From: Nitrospirota bacterium
GTDB taxonomy: Bacteria > Nitrospirota > Thermodesulfovibrionia > Thermodesulfovibrionales > Dissulfurispiraceae
Assembly: GCA_040754455.1 (NCBI GenBank)
Contig: JBFMCP010000004.1
Coordinates: 38,919 to 102,918, forward strand
DNA: 64,000 nt
Direction: 5' to 3'
The notes beneath the pieces were generated by a model, which did no database searches, was not told where the DNA came from, and saw nothing but the letters and a program-made list of their open reading frames with translations. This document shows positions 22,535 to 31,800 of the stretch, piece by piece (position 1 is the stretch's first letter; each line of letters begins with the position of its first letter). Both the position numbers and the translations under genes were made by a program.

Positions 22535-22951
22535 ATGAGAAAGGCAGTAATCGCGAGCCTTGCAGTGATTCTGGTCGCGGCAGTCGTTACCGGTGCTATG
22601 GCCATTGGCCCTGGATACGGCAGGGGTATGATGGGCATGGGGCCTGGCTTCGGTGCAGGGGCGAACCTTACTCCTGAGCAGGTCCAGAAGTTTGAGCAGT
22701 TCCAGAAAGAAGTTGCACCTCTTCGCGAACAGATGTTCAAGCTGAGGACAGAAATGATGACCCTCAGGTCACAGGCAAACCCTGACTGGAAAGCTATTGC
22801 CGATAAGCAGAAGGCAATGGTTGATGTCAGGATGGAGATCTGGAAAAAGGCAGCAGATGCCGGTGTCGGACCCGGACAGTGCGGGTGCGGTATGAACATG
22901 GGCGCCAGAGGCCAGGGCCGTATGATGGGCATGGGCAGAATGGCTATGTAA
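22535..22951 (+). CDS. Periplasmic ZraP/Spy/CpxP-family stress protein
   Basis: Signal peptide MRKAVIASLAVILVAAVVTGAMA, LTPEQ (LTxxQ) motif, Gly/Met-rich ends (GYGRGMMGMGPGFG ... GQCGCGMNMGARGQGRMMGMGRMAM) like E. coli ZraP. AAGGAGG RBS. The track start at 22382 would read through the promoter. Confidence 0.8.
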   Translation: MRKAVIASLAVILVAAVVTGAMAIGPGYGRGMMGMGPGFGAGANLTPEQVQKFEQFQKEVAPLREQMFKLRTEMMTLRSQANPDWKAIADKQKAMVDVRMEIWKKAADAGVGPGQCGCGMNMGARGQGRMMGMGRMAM

Positions 22952-22980
22952 TAAGAATCTATTTCAGTAGGCAGGTGATC

Positions 22981-23118
22981 GGAAGCAGGGGGCACAGTAT
23001 GTTCGTCTCATTCTCGCAAGGCATCCAGCCTTGCTGCGAGGCTCCGCCAGCCCGCTCCGCCGTCCATGACTACTCCTGGGCTGCCGAAGCCGCTCACATA
23101 CTGTGCACCCCTGCCTCC
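22981..23118. repeat. 138-bp element bounded by 22-nt inverted repeats (20/22 complementary)
   Basis: ggaagcagggggcacagtatgt (22981-23002) versus acatactgtgcacccctgcctcc (23096-23118). Contains an internal hairpin gcaagg-catccag-ccttgc (23015-23033). Confidence 0.7.
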
Positions 23119-23167
23119 TAATGAGATAGGTTCTAGCGGGAATGCAAAGAAAAGCACAACAAAAGAT

Positions 23168-23593
23168 ATGAGCACAGCTTTCAAGATATGCATCGCAGGA
23201 CTTGTTGTCCTCCTTATCATACCGCTGGCGTCGGCATTCGCAGAGTCCGATGTCAAAGAGGGGTATGACGAGAATACCGAGATAACGATGAGGGGAAAGA
23301 TTACAGAAATCGTGCAGGAGAGGAGAGGGCCTGTTATCGTTCGGCTTAAATCCGGAAACAAAACCTATGCGGTGGTTACCGCCCCCCCCTGGCATCTGGA
23401 GAGCGAGCGGGCCGCCTTTACTCCAGGCTCGGAAATAGAAGTGAGAGGTTCCAAATATTTCGGAAGAGACGGTGCTCTCTATATTGTAGCAAGGCACCTG
23501 AAGGATCTCGCGACAGGCAGGGTGATCACCTTGAGAGACTCATCGTGCAAACCGATGTGGATGCATCGCGGACATCCCCGGCTCCGGCCCTGA
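23168..23593 (+). CDS. Secreted hypothetical protein, possibly OB-fold-like
   Basis: Signal peptide MSTAFKICIAGLVVLLIIPLASAFA, then a beta-rich region (ITMRGKITEIVQERRGPVIVRLKSGNKTYAVVTAPPWHLE...EIEVRGSKY). Start assigned from the signal peptide; the RBS is weak. Confidence 0.5.
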   Translation: MSTAFKICIAGLVVLLIIPLASAFAESDVKEGYDENTEITMRGKITEIVQERRGPVIVRLKSGNKTYAVVTAPPWHLESERAAFTPGSEIEVRGSKYFGRDGALYIVARHLKDLATGRVITLRDSSCKPMWMHRGHPRLRP

Positions 23594-23849
23594 TATATCT
23601 TCAACGAAATACCCTTTCTCCTCAAAACCCGCCTACGTTTCCAATGCTTTTCTAGCTCGCTACTGCTTGTCGGGGGAGGTGTGAGTAAAGAACACAAAAT
23701 ATGATATAGTATTATCCCGTATTTTGACGCGATGCATTGATTCAAGATTGTTTTCAAAAAAGACGAAAAAGAAGGAGATGGCAATTCTCTTTTTAAATAA
23801 ATCAAAGCCTCGGGGGCTGAAGAATACAGCGTGAAAGGGTAAACGAGGT

Positions 23850-25955
23850 ATGTCTATTCAGAAACCAGCCCTCAAAATCGGTGATCTGCTCATCAAAAAC
23901 GGCCTCATCAGCGAGAGCCAGCTTCAGGAAGCATTAGCCCGCCAGAAAGAGTTGAAGGAGAAAGGTGAAGTCGCCCTTCTGGGGAATGTCCTCGTGGAGA
24001 TGAAGATCCTTACGGCAACACAGCTTTTGAAATTCCTTCACCGGCATGCGATAAAACCTCCCCTCGGTGAGATATTGCTGCTTGATAAAAAGATAACGAA
24101 AAGAGACCTGGCGAACGCCCTTGCATTGCAGGAACGTTATCCCGACAGAAAGCTGGGAGATATACTCATCAATGATCTCAAAGTAATCAGTGATGATGTG
24201 CTGACCGCTGCCATAGCAAAACAGAACGATATCTCAAGAATCAAACCGGCGATATCAGATGTCGATCCAGACGTGCTCTTTGCCTTCAGCAAGGAAACTC
24301 TGTTGAGCAATATGTTTGTTCCGTACAAGAAAATCGAGACGGAAAACGGGGAGATTAGCTGCCAGATCCTCATTTCCACGCCGGGGAGGGGTGATCTGCG
24401 GAAGATCGAAGATATGGTGGGCGCCGCAATTGTACGGGCACAGAGATCGAACGGAGCATCCGCTTCAGGCAACGGCGCTCAACCGAAGAAGGTACAGTTC
24501 GAGTATGCGCTTGCAAGTGCGGACGAAATACGGACGTTCATTGCCACCGTATTCGAGCAAAAGGAAGCAATAAGCTTCTCCCGCAAGGTCAATGTCGAGG
24601 CCAACGAGGCAAGCAACATATTAATGATTGGCAGCAAGTACTATTCGACGAACTCCAACCTCAATATCTTCATGCAGATACTCATGAAGGCCCTGGACGC
24701 CGGAGCTTCCGATGTTCATATCGAACCGATGCGGGATCGGTTGCAGATCCGTTTCAGGATAGACGGGGTATTGATCAGGCAGCCTGATCTGCCCAAGACA
24801 TTGAACAGCGTTTTTGTTAGAGGTCTCAAGAATTTCTTCAGGATGAAGGATTCCCATATGCTCAATGTTATTCTCGACGGTAGGAAGAGCGTGCTGTACA
24901 GCGATAAGAATGTAGAGGCTGACCTCAGGATCTCCGTGTTGCCCACGCTCTTCGGCGACAAGATGGTCGTGAGAATCCTCGTGCAGAATAAAGAAGTGCC
25001 CACGTTTGAGAAGCTCGGCATGTGCAAGAACATTCTCAAGAAATACAAAATGGTCTGCTCCTCTTCATCAGGGATTGTGATCATAACAGGGCCTACCGGA
25101 TCAGGCAAGACAACAACACTCTTCTCCACTATCGACTATCTCAGCAACGAGAATGTGAGTATTCTGACCCTTGAGGACCCCCCTGAGTATGTTATTCATG
25201 GCGTATCGCAGGCAGTTGTGGGCGGGGAGGGCAAGAGGGAGATCAATTATGCCGAAGCGCTCAAGGGCGCATTGCGACAGGACCCCGATATCATCATGTT
25301 CGGTGAAATGCGCGATTTCGAGTCAGCGAACGTCGCATTGAACGCGGGGTTGACCGGGCATCTCCTCTTCTCGACGCTCCATACCAACGATTCTGCCTCA
25401 GCCATTACCAGAATCTTCGAGATGGGGATCAGGCCGTTCATGCTCTCCTCTACACTGGTGTCGATTCTCGGACAGCGATTGGTGCGGGTCATCTGTAAGG
25501 AGTGCAAAGAGGAGTATGAGGTATCCTCTGACGAACTGGAGTTCTTCGACATGTTCATACGAAACTTCCAGAGGGATACAGAATCAGGAGCAATGAAATT
25601 TTACCGTGGGAGGGGATGTAAGGAATGCAACTATACCGGGTTTAAGGGGAGGATCGCAATCCATGAGTTGCTGTGCGTCAACGATGAGATTCGACGGGTG
25701 GTGCTGAGCGTGGGAACGGCCAAGGATGTTGCGGCAATTGCCCGTGCTTACGGAATGACCTCGATGATAGAAGACGGCGCTTTCAAGGCTCTACAGGGAA
25801 TGACGACCCTTGAGGAGGTAATACGTGTTGCCAAGACCCTCGAGAATCCGGAGGACCGGAGGACAATGGAAGAAATCAGCCATTTGCTCGAGGGAGAGCT
25901 TACCCGTGAGGAATTGCTGTTGGCGGTGTATTCATCACGGCTTAAGGAGAAGTAG
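23850..25955 (+). CDS. GspE/PilB-family secretion ATPase with extended N-terminal MshEN/T2SSE_N-like repeats
   Basis: Walker A GPTGSGKTT, Asp box LTLEDPPEY, Walker B IIMFGEMRD, His box GHLLFSTLHTN, tetracysteine CKECK...CKECNYTG. The N-terminus has four xLGxxLxxxxxI(S/T)xxxLxxALxxQ-like repeats. Confidence 0.85.
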   Translation: MSIQKPALKIGDLLIKNGLISESQLQEALARQKELKEKGEVALLGNVLVEMKILTATQLLKFLHRHAIKPPLGEILLLDKKITKRDLANALALQERYPDRKLGDILINDLKVISDDVLTAAIAKQNDISRIKPAISDVDPDVLFAFSKETLLSNMFVPYKKIETENGEISCQILISTPGRGDLRKIEDMVGAAIVRAQRSNGASASGNGAQPKKVQFEYALASADEIRTFIATVFEQKEAISFSRKVNVEANEASNILMIGSKYYSTNSNLNIFMQILMKALDAGASDVHIEPMRDRLQIRFRIDGVLIRQPDLPKTLNSVFVRGLKNFFRMKDSHMLNVILDGRKSVLYSDKNVEADLRISVLPTLFGDKMVVRILVQNKEVPTFEKLGMCKNILKKYKMVCSSSSGIVIITGPTGSGKTTTLFSTIDYLSNENVSILTLEDPPEYVIHGVSQAVVGGEGKREINYAEALKGALRQDPDIIMFGEMRDFESANVALNAGLTGHLLFSTLHTNDSASAITRIFEMGIRPFMLSSTLVSILGQRLVRVICKECKEEYEVSSDELEFFDMFIRNFQRDTESGAMKFYRGRGCKECNYTGFKGRIAIHELLCVNDEIRRVVLSVGTAKDVAAIARAYGMTSMIEDGAFKALQGMTTLEEVIRVAKTLENPEDRRTMEEISHLLEGELTREELLLAVYSSRLKEK

Positions 25956-26240
25956 CCCCTTCCTATAACGTGTCTCTTTTTTCTGATATGCCCTCCGCCT
26001 TCCCATCAGGAGCCCCTTGCTTTTTTAGAGCAGGGCGTCGTAATGTAAGAGGCAGGATATCGATGACGGCAAGCAAAAGTCCCGATATGAAAGCAATCTC
26101 ACTTACAAATTCTGTTGATTTTCAAATAACGACGGTACTCTACGCCCCTGACACATCCATAGGACGGCCCTTATCACCCTTTTTCTGTGTGCCTTCAGCA
26201 GTGCTCGGGGGGGCTTTGTTTGCAAGGAGTATTTCAGAGT

Positions 26241-27101
26241 ATGCTGAAGCTGCGTGACGGTATTGTCGAGCTGTATAAAAAGGTTGCCACCTCTATTCCC
26301 ACTGATGTAGAGGAGGCCCTGAAGAATGCTTGTGCAAAGGAAACATCCCCTCTCGCCAGGGAATCACTCGCAATAGTCCTCAAGAATATTTCGACGGCAC
26401 GGACCGAAGCGCGCCCTCTCTGTCAGGATACGGGATTCCCTGTCTTCTTCATCAGTGCTCCTCAGGGCTTGAGCCATCAGCTCATTCGAGATGTCATTAT
26501 CGATGCCACACGTATCGCTACCAAGCGTATACCGCTCAGAGCCAATGCGGTGAGCATCACCACAGAAAAAAATTCCGGAGATAACGTCGGTGATTATTTC
26601 CCGCTTGTCTATATCGAAGAGACTGCTGAGCAGGCCTTGACGGTTGATCTCATGCTCAAGGGAGGCGGCAGCGAGAATCTCGGCCAGGTATATAAACTCC
26701 CTGCAACACTCAACATAGGCGGTCATGAGACTATTGCGGAGAGAGATTTCGAGGGCATCAGGAAGTGTGTCCTCGATGCTGTGGTTAAAGCCCAGGGTAA
26801 AGGATGCCCTCCCTACACTGTCGCTGTCGGCGTGGGCGGAGCCAAGGACCAGGTGTCGTTCCTCTCGAAACGACAGCTGATGAGACGCCTGACTCATGCG
26901 AGCCCTGATCCGGTGCTTGCCGATCTTGAAACAAAAATCCTTAATGAGCTCAACACTCTTGAAATAGGTCCCCTCGGTTTTGGCGGAAAGACTACTGCCA
27001 TCGGCGTCAAAATAGCCGCTGCCCATCGCCACCCGGCGTCCTATTTTGTCGATGTATCATTTGCCTGCTGGGCGAACCGCCGGGGGAGACTGATATGGTA
27101 A
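26241..27101 (+). CDS. Class I (Fe-S) fumarate hydratase / tartrate dehydratase, alpha subunit
   Basis: PLCQDTGFPVFF and GGGSENLG signatures. ATG at 26241 preferred (MLKLRDGIVELYKK...). Confidence 0.85.
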   Translation: MLKLRDGIVELYKKVATSIPTDVEEALKNACAKETSPLARESLAIVLKNISTARTEARPLCQDTGFPVFFISAPQGLSHQLIRDVIIDATRIATKRIPLRANAVSITTEKNSGDNVGDYFPLVYIEETAEQALTVDLMLKGGGSENLGQVYKLPATLNIGGHETIAERDFEGIRKCVLDAVVKAQGKGCPPYTVAVGVGGAKDQVSFLSKRQLMRRLTHASPDPVLADLETKILNELNTLEIGPLGFGGKTTAIGVKIAAAHRHPASYFVDVSFACWANRRGRLIW

Positions 27102-27122
27102 GAAAGTCAGAAGGGAGTTGCG

Positions 27123-27713
27123 ATGGGCGCTAAGAAAATAAATCTCCCCCTTACAAAGGAGGACGTTTTAGGGTTCAGGGTCGGCGATATGTTCCTCCTA
27201 AGCGGATTGATCGTCACCGGCCGCGATAAGGCCCATAAGTTCCTCGTCAATGAAGCCCCTTCTGCCGGAGAAATGCCTTTTGATCTTAACGGGGGGGTTA
27301 TTTACCACTGCGGCCCTATCATCAGCAAAACTGATGACAGCTACCGGCTCATCGCCGCAGGACCCACAACGAGCATGAGGGTAGAGATGTATGAGGCTGA
27401 CGTTATAAAAAAATACGGGGTCAGGGGTATCATCGGCAAAGGCGGGATGGGAGAACAGACACTCAATACGCTTAAAGAATATGGAGGGGTCTATTTTCAT
27501 ACTATAAGCGGTGCCGCCGTATACCTCGCCGACCGTATCAAGCGAGTCGTCAGCGGTTGGAAGATCGAGGAATTCGGTGCACCAGAAGCGATGTGGCTGC
27601 TCGAGGTGGAAGACTTCCCGGTGGTGGTGACTATGGACGCCCACGGAAACAGCCTGCACCGGGGAATAGAAAAGGCATCCTTCGAAAACGTAAAAAAGTT
27701 ATTAGGGGGATGA
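27123..27713 (+). CDS. Class I fumarate hydratase, beta subunit
   Basis: GxIxTGRDKAHKFL, IYHCGPI, GPTTSMRVE, IGKGGM motifs. Immediately downstream of the alpha subunit. Confidence 0.85.
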   Translation: MGAKKINLPLTKEDVLGFRVGDMFLLSGLIVTGRDKAHKFLVNEAPSAGEMPFDLNGGVIYHCGPIISKTDDSYRLIAAGPTTSMRVEMYEADVIKKYGVRGIIGKGGMGEQTLNTLKEYGGVYFHTISGAAVYLADRIKRVVSGWKIEEFGAPEAMWLLEVEDFPVVVTMDAHGNSLHRGIEKASFENVKKLLGG

Positions 27714-27718
27714 TATCA

Positions 27719-27806
27719 AACTTTAAAAATAAAAGAGAAAAATTAAAAGATAAGGAAGTGTTTTAAAATTTTGAATTGTAATTTTACATTTTTCTTTTTG
27801 CATTGT
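27719..27806. repeat. AT-rich palindromic intergenic repeat, GCAAAAT family (degenerate copy)
   Basis: ctttaaaaataaaagagaaaaattaaaagataagg ... ttttaaaattttgaattgtaattttacatttttctttttgcattg. Confidence 0.5.
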
Positions 27807-27881
27807 GATCTTTTGTGAGAGCATCTTGTATTAACGGTGCTCCGTCTTTCATTAATATCCGGGGGGAATCAGAAGAGCTCT

Positions 27882-28808
27882 ATGTTTTTCATAGCCGGCA
27901 GTACCGGGTTTGTCGGCAGGCATCTGGTGCAGGCACTTGACGAAAAGGGGCAGTGGGGCAGATGCCTGGTAAGGACGCCGGGGAAGTCAGAGCAGTGCAA
28001 GAAATACGGATTTGAAGCCGTCGCCGGTGACATTACCGGCCGCGAAAGCCTCAGAGGGAAACTCGCCGGCAGTACTGTCGTGGTCCATCTTGTCGGCATT
28101 ATTGAAGAAAAAGACAATGTCACCTTTGAGCATGTCCATGTTACAGGAACGAAAAATCTCATCGACGAAGCAAAACAGGCAGGGATAAAGCATTTCTTCT
28201 ACCAGAGCGCTCTCGGCGCCTCATTATCCTCGAAGTCGCGCTATCTCAAAACAAAAGCAGAAGCAGAAGAGATCGTGAAGGCAAGCGGCATTCCCTATAC
28301 CATTTTTAGGCCATCGCTCATCGTCGGAAAGGGAGACGGGTTTACCGAACGGATGAAAGAGCTTATACGGCTTGGCCCCGTTGTACCTGTTCCCGGCAGC
28401 GGCACGGCGCGGTTCCAGCCGATCTATATAGGGGACTGGATCAAATGCTTTATGAGCATTTTTTCCAATCCCCTCCCCATTGTGCATAAGGACACTCCTG
28501 TCTATGAATTCGGCGGACCTGAGCACCTGACCTATGACGAGCTGCTGATGCAGCTTATGGAGGCGCTCGATGTGCGCAAGCCGCTCATGCATGTGCCACT
28601 CGCCATGCTGAAAATGAGCCTGCCCTTTTCAAAGCTCACCCGGAGCATAGGAGGGCTTGTCGGCAAGAACATACCGTCTGTTACCGGTGAGCAGCTGGAG
28701 CTGCTCCGGATCGATAACATCTGCGACAGGGCTGCAGTAAAAAAATATTTCGGCTTCTCCCCGCTCAGCTACCGGGAGGCACTGAAATTATTCGTCAAGG
28801 AGCGCTGA
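27882..28808 (+). CDS. NAD(P)H-binding SDR-family protein (NDUFA9/NmrA-like epimerase fold)
   Basis: MFFIAGSTGFVGRHLVQAL (GxxGxxG Rossmann). ATG at 27882 preferred over the GTG at 27837. Confidence 0.7.
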   Translation: MFFIAGSTGFVGRHLVQALDEKGQWGRCLVRTPGKSEQCKKYGFEAVAGDITGRESLRGKLAGSTVVVHLVGIIEEKDNVTFEHVHVTGTKNLIDEAKQAGIKHFFYQSALGASLSSKSRYLKTKAEAEEIVKASGIPYTIFRPSLIVGKGDGFTERMKELIRLGPVVPVPGSGTARFQPIYIGDWIKCFMSIFSNPLPIVHKDTPVYEFGGPEHLTYDELLMQLMEALDVRKPLMHVPLAMLKMSLPFSKLTRSIGGLVGKNIPSVTGEQLELLRIDNICDRAAVKKYFGFSPLSYREALKLFVKER

Positions 28809-31800
28809 ATGGCACCCCGAAGGGTGTATGATTTGATGACCACAGATGTCATTACGCTGCCGAAACAGGCAACACTGCATGAGGCGGTCGAAAAGCTGGC
28901 AGCCCACAATATAAGCAGTCTCGTGGTGACGGAGAAGGCCATGCCTGTGGGGATTATCACCGAGCGCGATATCGCACGGATTGCGGCGACCCGCTCCGAA
29001 GCCTTCAGCAACGGCACATCTCTGCCGGTCGCTGATTTTATGTCAGAGAACCCGGTGACGATTTGCAAAAATGCCGATATCATTGCAACGCTCGAGATGA
29101 TGGAGCGGAATACGATCAGGCGACTCGTAGTTACCGATAAACAGGGGCGGTTGAAGGGCATTATTACGTATTCTGATGTAGTGAAGAAGCTTGAAGAGGA
29201 GCTGTTCAAAGTCCATACCTCGATCGACTCAGTAACGACCAAAGAGATACTGAAGGTGGCACCCGAGGTGCCGCTCAAGACGGCAATTTACAAGATGTCG
29301 GCCGAGAAGAAGAGCTGCATCCTCGTCGTTGCCGGTGCCTCTCCTGTGGGGATCCTCACCGAAAGGGACATTGTCAAGCTGCTGCTCAAAAAAATCTCGA
29401 TGGAGGTGCCGGTCAGCGAGGTTTGTACAAAGAATATCGTGTATGTCGACCAGCGCACCCTCCTCTATGATGCGCTGCGCATCATGAACGAGCGGGGCAT
29501 ACGGCATCTGGCGGTCGTGGACGATACGCTCACGTTGAAAGGAGTGGTGACCCAGACCGATATCATCAATCTCCTCCATTCCAATATCACGACGGGCATG
29601 AAAGATCAGCTGCAGCGGTTCAAGGAGTCCCTCGATATGCTCCAGACAGGGTTCATCGAGATTGAGCTGAATCATGAGGGAACGATCCTGTGGCTGAACA
29701 AACAAGGCGCCAAGGAGCTGGGCTTCGATACCGTGGAACATGTCATGGGCAAGTCCTTTGTGCGCATGCTCAAAGGCAGGGAGCAGTGGGTTGATTTTTT
29801 AAGCAGGATCGACGGACAGACATCGGCAGTCACCTTTTCCTTTTACCTGAACAATAAGGTGATTGACGGCTCCTTCAGGCCGGGTGGGATTACGGTGAGC
29901 GGCATTTTCAGGGATGTCACCGACCGGTTCATCGAAAGCGAATCAATACGAAACGAACGGAACCGGTTCGAGAACATTGTAAAAACGCTTTCCGAAGGCC
30001 TCATGCTCTTTGACAGGAAAGGTGTCCTGAAAGAGGTCAACCAGGCGGCACTCGAGATGCTCGGTATGGTCGAGGAGGAACTCCTGGGGAAACCCTATCA
30101 TGCCCAGAAATTCGCCATTATTGATGAATCAGGCAAGCTCCTTGGCGGGAACGATCTGCTTGTCCATCAGGTGCTCAAGACAGGGAAGGCGGTAAAGAAC
30201 GTTATCCAGGGATTTAAAAAGGCCGAGGGGAGCGTGGTGTGGGTGAAGGCGAGTGTTACCCCTGCCTTTACGCCTGAAGGCGAGATAGAGGAAGTGGTCA
30301 TGGTGATCACCGATATAACGGAGCTCTACAGTCTCGAAAAGAGAAACCAGAAGATCCTCGAGACCGCAAAGGAGGGGTATTGGGAGGTGACGCTCGAGGG
30401 ACGCATCACGAGGGTCAATAAATCGCTTTCCGAGTTTCTCGGTTATAGAGAGAGCGAACTGCTCGGCGCATCAGTCTATGATATCGTTGATGAAGAAAAC
30501 AGGAAGATTTTCGAGCAGGCCCTTGAGAAGAGAAAACAGGGGACCTCTGAAAGCTATACCATCACCTTAAAAAGCAAGAAGGGCCGTGACGTGTACACGA
30601 TGGTGTCGGCATCGCCGCTTTCCGATGCTTCGGGAAGAGTGACCGGAGCCTTTGCCTTCATTACCGACCTGTCGGACCTCAAGACCACCCACAGGGAGCT
30701 TGAACGGCAACACAGCACGCTTGCCGCTATTAACGAGGCGATCGTTTCGTATATCCGTTCCGATGACATAAAAGCTCCTATCGAGCTTATCCTCAATGCC
30801 GCCCTCAAGCTTACCGAGAGCGAATACGGTGCGGTCGCGTCTTTTCATGATTCCGGCGATGAAAAGGGACTCCGCATCATCAGTATCAGTGGTGCAGAGT
30901 GGAAGGGGGATAAGAACAAGGACCTGTACGACCGGGCGATGCAGCAACTTACCGCCAACGGCTCTATCAATTGCCCTTTCATGGGTAATCTCTTCAGTAG
31001 GGTGATCACAACCAAAAGGCCGGTTATCAGCAACAGTCCCGATGATGCTCACCGGAAAGGTGTGCCTGAGGGACATATGCCCCTGCGGACGTTCATGGGA
31101 GTGCCCTTTCTGTGGCATGACCGGGTCATAGGGCTTATTGCTCTGGGCAATAAAAAAGGAGGATATGCGGAGTACGAACTCGATCTCATCGAGACGATGG
31201 CCAGGAGCGTCTCCCTGATGCTCTATCGCGATGACGAACGGAAGGCGTCCATGCAGAAGGACTATATTCTGACCCTCATCGCCTCCATTTCGAGAGATCT
31301 TACCCGGGCATTGACTGAAGAGGAGGCCTACGGGATATTTCAGCATTATCTCCTTTCACTCAGGAGAGGGAACGCCCGTATTAATGCGCTGTCCTTTGTC
31401 ATTATCGACTCGAGCAAGCACTATACGCAGGAGGTGGTTCGCTACAGCGACGAGGGACTGGAGGATGTGCACACCTTTCCGGGGCTTGATAAATGTAAGG
31501 CGTATATCCATTCAGGGACGTTTTTGATCAGGGATCTCTCGAAAGATTATGCCTGCCCGTACCACAACCGAACGACGCATGCCGGCAGTTACTGCTGCAC
31601 CGCCATCACTATAGGCGGCTCGATCGCCGGGGTGCTCTATATGTACAGCAAACAGGCCCACTTTTTTACCGAGGCCATCAAGGAGACGATCGACAACTTT
31701 ATTGCCCTGCTCGCACCGATCGTGAACAACATGAGGCTCCTGGAATCGAACAAGAAGCTGGCGCTCATCGATCCGCTCACCGGCCTTTATAACAGGCGCT

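Noticed and set aside
22964-23497. 177-aa minus-strand ORF spanning the 138-bp inverted-repeat element and the secreted-protein gene
   Set aside because: It has no RBS or motif. It overlaps a plus-strand ORF that has a clean signal peptide, and it reads through a palindromic non-coding element.
25956-26240. 285-bp gap after the PilB-like gene, including a 95-aa ORF (25970-26257). I considered a small gene or ncRNA.
   Set aside because: The ORF has no RBS, has odd composition, and overlaps the better fumarate hydratase start. I found only weak short inverted repeats (cagggcgt/acgcccctg), which is not enough to call an RNA. Left unannotated.
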